Shown here piece after piece: positions 42,197 to 55,660 of a stretch of 64,000 bases of DNA; position 1 is the first letter of the stretch, and the number at the start of each line of letters is the position of its first letter. Origin of the DNA: Bigelowiella natans CCMP2755 (taxonomy: Eukaryota; Protista; Cercozoa); contig ADNK01002633.1 of NCBI GenBank assembly GCA_000320545.1, forward strand, positions 22,609-86,608, read 5' to 3'. The notes beneath the pieces are model-generated. The model was not told the origin of the DNA and did no database searches. It saw only the letters and a program-made list of their open reading frames with translations. Both the position numbers and the translations under genes were made by a program.

Positions 42197-44082
42197 GTGT
42201 GTATGCGTGTGTGTGTGTGTGTGTGTGTGTTTGCAGACTATTTGGAAGCAAAAGGGAGCTTGCCTGCTCACCACACCATCGCTGCTGAGCGCGGGATCTA
42301 CGCCTTCCAGAGGGGCATGGCTATCATTGTAGTCACGAACTATCGAGACGATTCAAAAGATGAGAAGGGAACTCACAGGCACGAATCCGCTGAGGATTCT
42401 GACCAGGCTGTTTCCTTCCGAATGAAGGGTATTCGAGATATCCCCCCTGGCACTCGCATGTGCAATGTTCTGCCGCCATTCGGCTGCGAGGTGGTGCGCG
42501 GAGACGGGGCGGGGCATGAAAGCGCACAGAGCGGTGGGAACGGCGGGGATGGTGTTAAGGGTGGTGGCAGAAGTAAAGGCAAGTCAAGAGGCGATGCTCG
42601 CTCTGGAGAGAAGCGAGAAGAAGGTGGAAGTAAAGAGGGAGTTTCTTTCAGGCACGTGTTTAAACGCACGGTAGCTTCCAACCAGCAAAGGTTCCTCCCG
42701 GCTATTTACCTCCCAGTCACAAGGACGATGTGGAGGGCGTTGCAGCTGCTGCTTTACGCCAAACCAAGCCTATCGTCAGTAATCCACTAATATGTTCGAT
42801 GTTGCTGGGGCAAGAACTAGTCAGAGAGTCGCTCTATAATTTGAGATTGTGTAGCCTTTGTTGGCATGGGGTAACGCCGAGGCGCCCTCGCTAATTCTGA
42901 ATGTGAGCTGCTTACTCATTATTCTTGTGCCGTTAGGTACCCGCTCGCAAAAGAGGCCGATGTCACGTTTCATCGAAGCAATATCAGCGATTCATCTACT
43001 CCTTCCATCGAGTCAGAAAGAGGGTATGATCGCTCCAATGCTGATGGAAGTGAGAGCTACAAGGATAACATTAGTAGAACGATGAGGAGGTCCGGCAGCG
43101 ACCTCACTGACGATGAGCAAACACCAGCCGACGTTTGTTTGGAGAAAAAGGTCAAATTATGTCACTTTGAATAGTTGAAAGACTCTTTGAATAACACCCA
43201 AAAGCTATTCTATACGTCCAATACATGCGCACAGAGCCACGCTCTTGCGTGCACGTATGCATCGATTTTGGAACATTTCCACATCCGTATGCTCATGCTT
43301 GTAATGCTCTGTTGCGTTGGTCAATTTTCTGGGCTTAGGTGGTCGATGTCATCTGCGAGGAAGGTAGATGCCAAAGATGCCAAACCATCTCATCTTGTAA
43401 CTATTTTATCTTAATATGCAATGATTGACACATAGATATCAAGCGGCATCTGAATATCTTGCTATATAAATGTGTGTGTGTGTGTGTGTGTGTTTTAATC
43501 GTGCACAATACTAGGCCTTCGTGCAAACGAGCCCTCCATTGGACCGACATTGTACTCAATCATATACACGGCTCAGCGGGGAGAGTACAGAGAACCCCCT
43601 CCCCAAACGGCAAGGCAGATATTCAATCCCTATTTGCATTCATCGCCGTCGCATATACAAGGCGCCTTCGCAACTAAGATGGAGAAACAACAGCAGCATG
43701 CATTCGATGAAGATCTGCCAGTGCCGCCTCTACCCGAGGATGAATTGATAGGTAGTTTGAGCAAGATTTTGCTAGTTAATGGAAAAGTTTCATCATGTTA
43801 AGCCGTTTTCTCTATATGATAATAGATAGCATAGCAAGACAGAAATAGCACGCGCGTTGCACGTACGCTCTCTCGAAATGTTGTGGGAGGCTTCTTGACG
43901 ATTGAATATCCATTTCGCGGTTTAATCTGTCACTGCTGCTACTTCTCTTCGTCGTCAGAAAAGGAATACAGAATGACCCTTTGCAGCAGCGATGGCGAAG
44001 GGCTCATGATGCTCAGATATAACGCAAGGTATTATGAATGAGGGGGGGAGGAGGGGGGGGGGGGCGCAATTTATTCAAATGA

Positions 44083-44121
<39 letters not shown>

Positions 44122-44938
44122 TGTTAAAAACGGATTTGTGTTTAACCCATAGTAACTAATGCCATTTCTTATATTCCCCATAGAACTGTCGTTCTCTATT
44201 CGAAATTGTCGGTTTCAGCTCCTTCTTCTGCATCGACCCAGTCATCATCGTCATCATCACCATCCGCGCCGCAGCCACCAGGCCAACACCCGAAGAAGGA
44301 GCTCTCCCATCGCGCGTTCCAGCGGCAAAAACAGCATCAATTTCCCGTGGATGATAAATACGGCATCTGTCTTTTCCGCTCCGAAGACACAAAAGGCGAT
44401 TGCGCCAAAGTAAGTACTTGAAGCAAGCGAACGACCTAGAGACAATAGAGGCGAGAGTATGATTGTCAATCAATCTAACCGGTGCTGCAAACTATGCGTG
44501 TTTCTCGTAGTTATTGCGCGAATATCGGCACGGGCTGGCGTTTTCAATGCTTTCTCACCCAGTCGGAGAAACCCCCCTCCCCCATGAAAGCGAAGGGGAA
44601 GTTGTCTTCGTCGAGGAGATTCTCGTCGTCAAACACTGGTAGTGCATGAATTCCTGATGAGGAGAGAAGGGAGCGGACTTTCTATTCGATGATCTTGCGT
44701 TGGTACTTAACATATAACTTTCTGTGTAAAATCGCTCCTTGAAACAGGCTGCAAGCGGACAATTACTACCACTTCTTGATCGAGATCTTGCCGTACCTCG
44801 CGAGTGAAAATGCTAGAAGGCAAAGGAAGAACATGCCGCGTGCAGGTCTTCTGCAAATTACGTACACGCATACAGAGCATGTGAGAGTGATTGGACGCTC
44901 TGCCCACCTTTCTCTTTATATATATCTTTCTCTCGCTT

Positions 44939-44979
<41 letters not shown>

Positions 44980-46297
44980 GCTCCTATTTTTACCCAACGC
45001 ATTTCCATTATCCTGGCACCGACGGATGAGACCGATGAGGAGAGCGAGAAGTGGCATGCTACTTCTCACCCCGTCTCTCCCAAACCCGCACCGTATCCGT
45101 CGTCTTTAGGTGTCGACCCAGGCCACTACGTCGCTTTGCCGACCTCGCGCTCGATCCCATTCGTCCAAAAAGCTCTTCGCGTCCTCGGTTTTGACCCGTC
45201 GTTATTCTTACACCTCCATGGCGCGGGGTTCCAGGCGCTCTCTGCGAAGAAAATCGTCATCTTTCCGGGCGTCGCTTCCCACTCACGGAGCGTTATTTCT
45301 CCCAATCCCACACTTCTCCACGAGGCTCGAGGGTATTTCCTTGAGAGACTGTCCAAATGTTAGCCGCCCCCCCCCCCCCCCCTCCCCCTCCCCAAGCCGG
45401 GCTAGTGAAGAACCAACGCAGACGGCAGAGGCTCATGGTTTGGGTGCGGAGAGAAGGTTAGGCGAAACAATACAAACGCCATTAACTACTTCACATTGAC
45501 AAAAAACCCTTGGCACTTGGCACGATAACTGCACGGCACAAATTTGCGCGCGGTCCGATCAACTCTCATTATGCCCATCTTGGACCTGTCGAGTTTTACT
45601 CGTACCCAGCGAGAGAGGCGAAATTCTTACACACCTTCTGTGTACTCGCAGGTGCTTCCCAGCGTGTGATGAGTAACGAAATGGCCGTTATCTCGGGGCT
45701 GCAAGAGGCGTTTTTGGAGCACGGCGTCGATATTGAGGTGGTTGTTTATTGCCTATAGCTGCGTGCCACCCTGCCGTCGTTTGAACTGCATATAGCATTC
45801 GACTTGTTTTTCCCCTTCATCAAGCTACTGTTTGGAATACAGCAGCGTGGCCGTCATGATGATACACTTCGTTCTTCTCTTTTTCCTCGTTGCTTCCCCC
45901 TTTTATTTGAATTATGTGTGTGTGTGTGTGTGTGTACATGTGTGTGTCAGATCTACTCAACGACTCCTGGCGCTGCTCAAGAAGCTCTGCCGGCTAACAC
46001 GGCAAATGAGGCCTTAGATGATATGCGAACGTTTTATCGGAAAATCTCTCGAGCGTCTCTCATCGTCGGTGTGCATGGGGCAGGGCTTGCCAACATGCTC
46101 TTTGCACCTAAAAGGGCGATTGTTATCGAGATCATGCCAATAATACCGGATATGGTTAACTATCATTATTGGATGCTTTCTGGGCTACTAGGCCTCAGGT
46201 TCGTTTATATACTAAGGGAAAAGAATAAATTGCTAGTTGCAGGGATTATAAAGCAGGGGAATCAAATTATTCCTCACTGCCGTGTGCGTCTATGAGC

Positions 46298-46335
<38 letters not shown>

Positions 46336-46632
46336 TATATAATATACACGATTAATGTATGCATATGATGCTGATGATGAGAATAACTGCGCGGAGATTC
46401 GGTCTGCAACTTAGAAATTACCTTCAAGTTTTTAGAGGATTGCCTCCTATTTTAACACTGACCCGGAACGATCTGGCTTTGATCGAGCGGTGCGATATTT
46501 TCCTCAAGTATTCTCTGATCCACCCATAGGTACCGCGTTATACCCGTTATGGTTGACGAATCGATTGAAGTTGGCACGAAGGAAGCTTTTGGTAGTAGTC
46601 ATTCGTGATATGTTTCGAATTCGTTTGTGTGA

Positions 46633-46663
<31 letters not shown>

Positions 46664-46917
46664 TGTGCTTGTGTGTGTGTGTGTGCGTGTAATGTGTGCA
46701 GTGCATGTGTCAGACACCTGTTGCGTGTCATCTAACTCTTGAGCACAATCCCAGGCCTTTGGGTATTGTGCTCGCACAGGTGCTGTAGTCTTACTCACCC
46801 GTGCCTTGTTCGTTAGAAATGCCCATTCGAACGTTAAGCGAATTCCAAGTGGACGTTGAAGAAACAGTTTCGGTTTTCCTGGACATTGCGATGCGTGAGA
46901 GCAACGTCGATACTTGA
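33428..46917 (+). CDS. Signal-anchored multi-enzyme CAZyme fusion: EGF-like + GT8 (glycogenin/PGSIP-like) + GH13 alpha-amylase + GT61 (DUF563)
   Basis: The N-terminus MQDPGQAIAKRIILILLACSFNSVFL has a hydrophobic anchor followed by a stem. All three catalytic domains carry hallmark motifs. Linker exons 38657-38716, 38944-38960, 39329-39443, 39717-39970 (GT8 to GH13) and 42937-43150, 43339-43363, 43515-43751 (GH13 to GT61) keep frame. Stop TGA at 46915-46917. Exons between 33770 and 34900 are not fully resolved. Confidence 0.75.
34908..35738 (+). other. EGF-like domain
   Basis: Three exons splice to DDACHGIDCGTNGFCMAGR-CRCTYPYLGSR-CQ: six Cys with the CxC..Y.G..C EGF signature. Confidence 0.8.
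35750..38385 (+). other. Glycosyltransferase family 8 domain (glycogenin-like)
   Basis: RAFVTLI...ARVWALMLRRHGATSDLIAIVT...VFTKLRAWEL-EQYDRVAYMDMD (DxD motif)...NVGVIILKPS...EQEWL...VHHFCGPEKP. Confidence 0.9.
36787..36883. repeat. Compound (CA)n-(GC)n-(GA)n microsatellite
   Basis: Directly visible in an intron of the GT8 domain. Confidence 0.95.
39815..42716 (+). other. GH13 alpha-amylase catalytic domain plus C-domain (fungal/GH13_1-like)
   Basis: VIYQIITDRF...CGGTFAGI...LGISS-VWISP...YHG-Y; DVVINH; catalytic residues intact: RIDAARH (nucleophile D), AEVLH (acid/base E), FIENHDVPRF (D); GVPQLYYG; C-domain YAFQRG..IVVTN...LPAIYLP. Confidence 0.93.
44600..46917 (+). other. Glycosyltransferase family 61 (DUF563) domain
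   Basis: NYYHFLIEILP...LMVWVRRE-GASQRVMSNE...IVGVHGAGLANMLF...VIEI...YWMLSGLLGLRY. Confidence 0.9.
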
Positions 46918-47632
46918 TAACGCTCCGGTAGTGTAAGCACGAACTCTCTGGCTCAAATAATCCAACTGATTGATGTTTGGGTTATTGTATGTTATGCGAG
47001 ACGGATGTTATAAAATGATTATATTTTTGCAAAAATTGATCCTAATTTAGCTGCGCAATACTATTGTGGCAAACCCATAATCGGCAGCATATATAATATA
47101 TATTGTGTATTGCATGTCTATTATGCATGGCGATTTAGCTAATAGTTTCATTTGCTGCACGCCATGGGACATTCGTACGACTTTCATTCGTTGGAGGTCT
47201 TGACAGTATTTCAGCTTCATCGTTGTTGCATTTTATTCTTGCCAAATTACAGCGAAGTAAGCGATGATCTATTGCAACGCGACACGCTTAATGACTCACT
47301 GACTCCTAACTTCTAACCATATGCGCTTGGAATGGACGAGTGCCCTAGCGTCTGTATGAGTGTGCTGTACGTACAAATTAAGTGCGCTTGCTCTTTCGTC
47401 GGCGGGCCGTCAACTTGGCTGTACGGTTATTACAGTCATGACATATATATTTGCGGTGCATATTATATCCTCGGGCCATTGCTCGCGGTCATGCACAAGC
47501 ACACCACTACATGCTGAATAATATTAGCGAGTAGGCAGTACGATAAATCGTTACGCCGAATAACCAGCCTGCGCACTATGAACGTGTCATTCAGGTATTT
47601 GTCGCATGTTGATAAAAAATGACACAACACAA

Positions 47633-47809
47633 CTAATCTCCATCCCCGACAAGGCTCGGCGAGACTTCAGTCGAAGCTTCATTATCGTTGTGATAGAGTC
47701 CGCCTTGCAGCTCAAGTTGATCGACCCACGCTAATAAATCAACGTGCGGGGAAACGACACACAAGCACAGTAAGGGAAGGGCACATGAGCAGTATGAGCG
47801 CGCGCGCGC

Positions 47810-47897
<88 letters not shown>

Positions 47898-48975
47898 GAA
47901 TAAGAAAGAGAAAAGGAACTATGCAATCACATATATTTCCGAAATGCTGAAGGGGCGGGCGCTATTCCCTTAATCAGGTGATATACGCATCAGTTGCGAG
48001 TTAATACTGCACTATGTTGGACCAAAATCCGCAATGTGGTGGTGAATCACAGGAGAGGTTTCTTCCTCTCTTCAAATACATCTCTCAATGGTCGTCGTCA
48101 CCACCATCGTCATCATCATCATCATCATCATTATCAAACTTATCCTCGCACTACACGCAAACATCGAGCGAGAAGAATCGTCACGTCTCTTTTCTTCTCA
48201 CATTCTCCTGCGGAGCCCGTGGGAGAGGCAAATCGATCGCTCACGAACTCCTTGAACATCTTATCTCGATTCTGCAGATTACACATTCAACGGATCACAT
48301 ACAGCAAAACGAGACGGCTAGTTTCACCACACCACAAGCAGCTCATTCCTTGATTTAACGTGGGTTAGACAAGACGTTGGAACACCCATTAGTAAACGCA
48401 TCGTATCTCTAGCAGTGAATGATGGTTTATCTGTGCGCATCAACGCCACTAGGCAATTCTGCTCGAAATCGCTGCTATCGAGTAGGCATTACTTCGGTAT
48501 TGGACCTATCCTTTCGCGCGTGTCTCATGAGAATAACCTTTGTTATAACGACACCAGTCGTCATCACCACCACCGCAAACAGATATATTAAATGAGAAGG
48601 GGTAAAGGGCGTCGCAAAGAGCGCCCCCAGTAACACAACCTACCTCCTCGTCCTCACACTCAATCTCTTCGATCGTAAGCTTCTTCATCAACTTTGGCTT
48701 TATCGCCGAATTCTGTGCGTGTCACGTAAAATGGAGGTGAGCACAGGCCAACGCTACATAAGAGCACAGCGGTCTCGTACGACGCAATCAGCCACCAAAT
48801 AGAAAATGCTAGCGTGGCGGCCACGCGACCAACGTCGAGTTCGCGCGATGGCAAAAAAACGATTTTTTAAAATTGAAGGGCAGGTTTCATTTCGAGGCCA
48901 TACGTTGGTTGCACTTGGCATTTGCCAAGAATGCTCACGGCGGTGCAAATAAAGATAGAAATTTTAATATGCATA

Positions 48976-49018
<43 letters not shown>

Positions 49019-49324
49019 TATCTGTGTGCGTGTGTGTATGTGTATTGCGGTATATATCACGAGCATTCTATATTGATCACTGTTACGCAAAGGTTTTTAG
49101 GCCGGAAGTGAAATTCACCTCGATTTCTAAGTCAAACTTATCATGATTTCCCGGAGTGCTATGGCTTCTGGGCGAGGCAGGGTTCCCTCTACTTTTTGAG
49201 CGTCCAACCGATAATTTCTGAACGGTAGGAGAGGAAGAGGAGGGGGGGGGATTAACAGGGGCATGGGCTTGCTTGTTCGCGGTGTTAGATGCCACGTGCG
49301 GAATGATATAGTGAGAGAAAAACC

Positions 49325-49410
<86 letters not shown>

Positions 49411-50830
49411 TAAAAAAGTGAGAATTTTATTTGCGTTTTACATCGTCGAGCCAGGACTCTAAGGCTAATGTTTCCGGCTGAAACAGGAGAAAGAGGCAAC
49501 AGCAGAGAGCAGCAGAGAGCGCATCATCGAACAATCGAGGCGGTTTACATAGGGAGGAGAACAATCAAAACTGTCGCAAACTATTCTGATGAAAAATGTG
49601 TTAGGAAACCCTCAATCGTAAGAGAGAAGATTTCATAATAGCATACACCGGTAAGCAGCTATGGATTTTGCCGTGATGTATCACTAACAGCAGCTCGTTC
49701 CCACGCACAACTCTTCTTCTAACCGTTTTGGGTGTCTTCGAGTCTTTATCAGCATTCTTCCTCGCAGCATCACGATGCGCTTGATTGCCCGAGGAAGTTT
49801 CGAGGTCTTTGCCGCCATTTACCTTGTCCTCTGCCGGCTCCTGGCCACGCTGATCGTCCCCGCTGCTAGCGCTACTAGCAGCGTTGGTTAAGCGAATTGT
49901 TAAGGAAGGATCTTCGTCATTTGGGCAAGCAGCTGCTGGGGAGACGCTTTCAATGCCAGATTGCTTTGTTCCAACAGGGGAAGATGCAATCTCTGGGTTG
50001 TGATCGCTACTCTGTTCGATGCGCTCCGCCTCCTCCTTCTCCTCCCTCTTCCCCTCAGCCGCGTCCAGAGACCGTTTCGAGTCACCATGAGCCACCGATG
50101 TTTTGTCCTTATCTTCGGATACGAGGACATCGCCATTGCTCTTCAAACCCGTCCCCTGATAGTGCAAAAGTCATCGTGAATAGCGACGTCAGTCAGCCCG
50201 CAACGGAATGGCCTTTCAATCAAATGAAGAGAACGCACAAACATGCACGTAGACGCTGCATGATGGGGGTTTCGTTCGCACCCTCTCGGATTGAGCGCCT
50301 TTTGGGTGATGAGTCTGCTCCCGATGAAGAGGGGGGGCGGGCGGGGACTTGGCGCTTATTCTTTCGTCGTTCTCGCTCTCTGACCGACCATGCAGATGAT
50401 GAGGGTCGGGTTTTGGGCCATCGACACGATAATACGATATATCAAGTAACACTAGAAATCGTGGCAATCGCAAGGATTGACGGGATGGGGGGTTAGGGTT
50501 AAGGGTTAGCGAAGGAAACGAAGAACGCGATCTACGTGTAGGAATGGTAGTACAAGAAGAGGAGGGCGAGGGCGACCGTGATTCCACATCCCCTCCTTCC
50601 CCCCCCTTCCTCGTCAAAGCTAAAGCTACTACGATTTGCCATCACCAGTACTTGGTGGGTTAGCGGCGCCGGCCTTTTTTCTAGCATCATCGGTCTTCCG
50701 CTTTAGAGCCTCGGCCTTGATTGCCTTCAGATTGGCAGGGCGCGACCCGCGGCGAGGTCCGCTGCCATTGACGGAAAACGAGCGCCTCCTCCCTGCGGGT
50801 GGGTGGTGGCGATAGCAAGTATCTCAGCCA

Positions 50831-50868
<38 letters not shown>

Positions 50869-51477
50869 CTAGAGGATCTTCTACTAACAATACACAGAGC
50901 AACAACCGGAGGAGGGCAAAATCGATTTTGTGCAGTAACCATAGAGGAAGAGTTTAATCATACAATGTGATTCCATAGCAGCATAATGCTGCTCGGGGAA
51001 ACAGAATGCCCCCAAAAGCTACCGCACCCGTCCCCAATACCACGCTCTACGGCACTGAAGCGGCGGGCCTGTCGTGAAAAGCGCCTCGCCTTTTTCCTCT
51101 TTACGATGGCAGATCCACGGCGCGGTTGGCCACTTCTGAAAATTGGAGATCAGTCAAGCAAGAGCCGATGTATATGGCAAGGAGCACTATCGAAAGAACC
51201 AATGCTTTGGTAGTCCAAAGAAGTGGGAAGAGCGCTAAATGTGGCGAGGAAAGAGGGGGGGGGAGGCGGAAAGGGGTTTCTACATAAGAAGAAAGAGGAA
51301 ACGAGATATCACCGATGTTCATCATCATCCTCAGCGTGGTCAGAATTGCCGTTCTTGGCGTTTTCGGCCCTTTTTTCTTTGAGCAGCTTTTTCATCTCTT
51401 CCTGCCTCTTGCGGTGAGCTGCTCTTTTCCGCTTCTCCTGGATATCGTCATCGTTTGGGTGAGGGAGTGCGGATGGC

Positions 51478-51523
<46 letters not shown>

Positions 51524-52345
51524 TTCTCTCCTATCACGTCAATCTGGCGATTTCCAGCTGGCGGCATGCTTCCACCTCTAGTTCCAGCTCACTCTTTCGA
51601 AAGTTGTTTCTAAACTCCAATATCACTCCAAGGAACTCGTTGATGCCCATTTCGGGCTCGTAGTAAAACCTATGGACGAATGAGAACCATGCACGGGTAC
51701 ACATCGCTATGATCAATATTTCCATTGCTTTCAAGGAGCAAGCAATAGTGCTAAAATAAAACTCCAGTGCAAGAGTAAAAACGCCCCGAATTCAAATCGG
51801 AGCGAAGTGGCCACTCGGCGTGATGTTTACGTGTGCATTCAAGCAGGGGGACGGAGAAACTCATCACGACTTTCGCAGAACGTCAAAATCCTCCGTGCAG
51901 GCCCTGAGCATGCCTTCCAGCTGCAGCAGCTTCTTTGATTCTCGCTCGTAAAATTGACTCAGATACCTACACAAAGAATGAGCGTTATATAGCGTGCAAC
52001 TCCGAAGAAGACTTCCCCCGAGACCACATAACTCTATCAGCACTTATCGGCCGCAGCTGTCCTTTCCATAAACAAGGTAATACCGCATATAATGTTCATC
52101 GGCCTGCTTCTCCTCCTGGCTGGTTTCTGAAGAGCTGCTCCTTCCTTCGATATCTTCAATTACTTGCCGCAGGCCTTCCATGTTCATAGAGAGCTCGTGT
52201 ATCTGCCCTTTCGTTTCGTTGTAATTGATGGTGTGCGCCTCGTCGAGTCCCTGAAGGGGTGTACGCATACAGCCCAGAGTAAATGATACTATAATATATG
52301 TATATATACATATATGTGAATATATTTGAATATGTAAATAGAACG

Positions 52346-52377
<32 letters not shown>

Positions 52378-55300
52378 ATATTCATTTATAACATATGTTT
52401 TTGCTTATATGTGTGTGTGTGTGTGTGTGTTTAACGTGTGTGTATTCGATGGCGAGTATTGCCGTCATAGAAGGAAGAAGTTCTTACATCTAACTCATCA
52501 TCAAACGTTCCACAACGCTCACTATCGATTGTGGTCGCGTGCATCACGATGACGTCCATGAGAGAGCCCTTCCCCTTGGTCATCTTGACCTATAGATTCG
52601 ATGGTGTCAATTGCAACCATGTCACAGGCGTAAGGTTGATGAGTCAAGAGTAAGAAAGAGAGAGGGGTATAGAGAGAGAAAACGATTGTTAATACTTCAA
52701 AGGCAATCATTAAATAAAGGACAAAGACTATATCATCGTATCTGCCAGAGTCTTTGTTATTGCCTACCGCTGACAGCTTTTTTAGCGTGGAGATTCGGAA
52801 TCCCGCTGCGCTGCTTTCATTCAGCATGTTGATGAATCGAAGCACATTGTTAAGAATTCGGCCGAGCTGGCCTTCTCTCGATGCTGCCTGCACCACGTTC
52901 ACAGCACCATGAAGCAGCTTCACTGAGTTTGAGTAATGCGCGAAATCGCTGCCGAACGTGTGAGTGAATATCAGGTTTTTGACCCGATCCTCTACATTTT
53001 TAATGCGGTGCAGCTCAACCTGACGTTAAGAGGGGGGGAGGCGATGGTGTTTTTATGGGGGGGGGGGGGAGAAGGGAGGAAGGCAGAAAGACCAAAGGTC
53101 GTTAAAATATTGCGTTCGTTTTCCCAACGCTTTTGCCTTTGTGTACGTTAGCCCAAACCTACCATCATCTGTTCTTCCTCCGGAAAGAGCTGCAGCAACT
53201 TGTCGCCGATGTTTGATTGTCTCTTGAATCTACGGTGTTTGTGTGAGATGCACAACAGGAGATTTCCGCTAATGTCATCGTGAAAGGAAAGGAGCGCAAG
53301 AGAAACCAGTAACATGCTTCGATCGATGACGCAACAGCTCGCACGGTGCGTGGACCTATTCATTCTTTAAGAAAAGCACTGCCTCTTACCTTTTCCGAGT
53401 GAGCTGCGCCATCGTCCTTTGAATGTCCTCGATTTCCTTCGCGGTCGCGCACATCTCTCCAATCCGGTTTAGATTCTCCTCCGTGAGCACCCGCATATCG
53501 ATTGTGCGGAGTGCTTCTGCTATCTGGGGGCCTCTCAGGCCCATCGTTTTCTGTACGATTGAGATGTTCTGACGGCGTTGGTCACTGAGTACCTGCAAGG
53601 TGCGTGTAAGTGTGTGTGTGTGTGTGTTAGAGAGAGAGGGGGGGGGGGGGGGGGGGGGGGGGGGAGGAAGGAGGTACGGGGGGGGGGCAGGAGGGAGTAA
53701 AAGGAACATTATAGCGAGGCGACCACAGAATATTATAAGTATCTAGGCCATGTGAGAAGATGATAGCTTGGCTTGATTGAAATCACTATTGCGCACACCT
53801 TTGTAGCCTTGAGCTCCTCTTCCATTTTACTCGTAGACCTCCTGCGTCTTGCAGCAACCCCTTTCGGTGTTTTCTGCTCGAGCTTGAAGCTCTGCAGGAA
53901 GAAGTCCTTAAACTCGTCATCCATCTCGAAACTCTCGCTCAGATCCCAAACGCCCTGGCAAGCAACATACATAGATCGCTCCTATCATTAATGCCACCGA
54001 GTATCTACAAGGAAAAACCTGTTTGGCTGTACTTTGAATCTGTACTTTGAATTCTTCGATTATTTATGTACGCACACACATATGCATCCTGCTGTGGTTT
54101 GCAAAAATATTGGTAGTAGGCGCGCAGCTTCTACCTACCTGTTCTGCGCCAGCCCCTTGAAACGCGTCCATATGGACCTTACGATATGTGCGCCTGATGA
54201 TGCAAAGGCATTTCTATAATCCTTCTCGATATTTGCCACGGCCAGAAGCCTCTTACTTTTTCCGCCCAGCCCGTGCAAAAGCAGGTGTGGAAGCTCCAGA
54301 TATAGCGGGGGGGGGGGGAAGGCCCATCATCGGTGGGGGAGGAACTCCAGCGGGTAGCACAAAGGAGGGAGGGGGTGGGATAGCCGCGCTGACAGGGCTG
54401 TCTAGTTGGGGCAGCTCGGGAGGGGTCGTAGGGTTTTTCTCAAGAGACGGCTGTGATGAAGGCTGTCATTTAAAAGCATCACTCATATGCTTGACACGTT
54501 TATGTGGGTGAAGGCATATAAGGGTACGAAAGAGTTTGTTGTCGTGTCTGTAAGCGGGCAGCAGCTCGACTTTGTGTGTGCATGTGGTTGTCTGTTCAAA
54601 AACAAGATAACTCCGTGTACAAAAACGCGGGAAGGGCAGAGAGAGAGAGAGAGAGAAAGGAAGCGAGTAGGACGAGGAAAAACTAAATAATTGATCTTAC
54701 CACTGTTTTTATTTCCTTCGATTCAGTAGTAGCTAGAGTACTGCTGCAAGGAGTTTCCTATCAATGCGAAGATGGAATATCATAGCTTCAGTTGTGACGA
54801 CGTTGTTTAAAGCAAAAGCGCGAAATTAAAGCCGTGCTCGGCCTAAAGTATGTATATTTTTTTTCAAGACTCCCCACCCCTCTTTTGAGCCACAAGAAGG
54901 TAAATCATCGCTTTAGTGTCGTGGTATTCATTTAATTTGAACTAATACCACAGAGCTGTTGGTGGGCTCGCAATTGTTATCGAGCCTATGACTCTGCTTC
55001 TCCTACGAACAAGAGGAGAGCACCGCGTGATATAGAATTGAAGTTGAAATATATAAACTGCGGCAATCGCGAATTCAAATTCATCCATCTGCTTCTTTCG
55101 CTCAATTGAATATGGCCATTCTCGTGTTGCATATATCTTAAATGCAGAGAACCTCCTCAAGCGGTTGGCCATCATCCACTAAGACGCTAGTTTGCTTCGA
55201 TAGGAGATCATTGTCCTCTTCTCTGCAATGTGATAACTGTTTAGTAATGCTACGACAGTCGTCAAAAGTATACTTTTCAGTTTATTGTAGCAATTTTGCG

Positions 55301-55660
55301 ATTGATGTATATGCAATGATATACTATGTTTATAAATATGTAAATAAGCACATGTATGTGCTGATACGCTTAATTTCTTAACTATAGATAGCTCTTACTT
55401 GTTGTCGAGAAGTTTCGGGATGGTCTTTCGAGTAGCTGCGAATAGAGTAGATCACATATCTACGACACAGCGGAATATATAATAATACAAAAAAACTGCA
55501 TGTGGTAGGCATCATGAAATGCTCGGCCCGAGCTATTTAGTGAAGACGAAGTTTGTGGTAATGTTTCGGTGGCATTCTCTGTCTGTATAAGGGCACGTGA
55601 ATCAGAAGAGAGGTAGGGGAATGAGCGAAAGGTTCTTCGTTTACAGCAGCAGTTTCCCAT
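47633..55660 (-). CDS. Formin (FH1-FH2) with N-terminal myristoylation/palmitoylation motif and a long low-complexity C-terminal tail
   Basis: Start MGNCCCK at 55660; Pro-rich FH1 at ~54260-54440 (PPPSFVLPAGVPPPPMMGLPPPP); FH2 motifs VLSDQRRQNISI, ILNNVLRFINMLN..AAGFRISTLKKLSA-VKMTK, FYYEPEMGINEFLGVILEFRNNF. Exons 3' of ~51400 and the stop at 47633 are less certain. Confidence 0.85.

Noticed and set aside
45359-45396. 38-nt intron suggesting an ultra-short intron class
   Set aside because: Mostly a poly-C run whose length may be collapsed in assembly; insufficient evidence.
52522-52923. FH2 domain seemingly lacking the conserved actin-binding Lys (ORF reads KKLSAVGNNK)
   Set aside because: A GT donor after KKLSA splices to VKMTKGKGSL, restoring the Lys.
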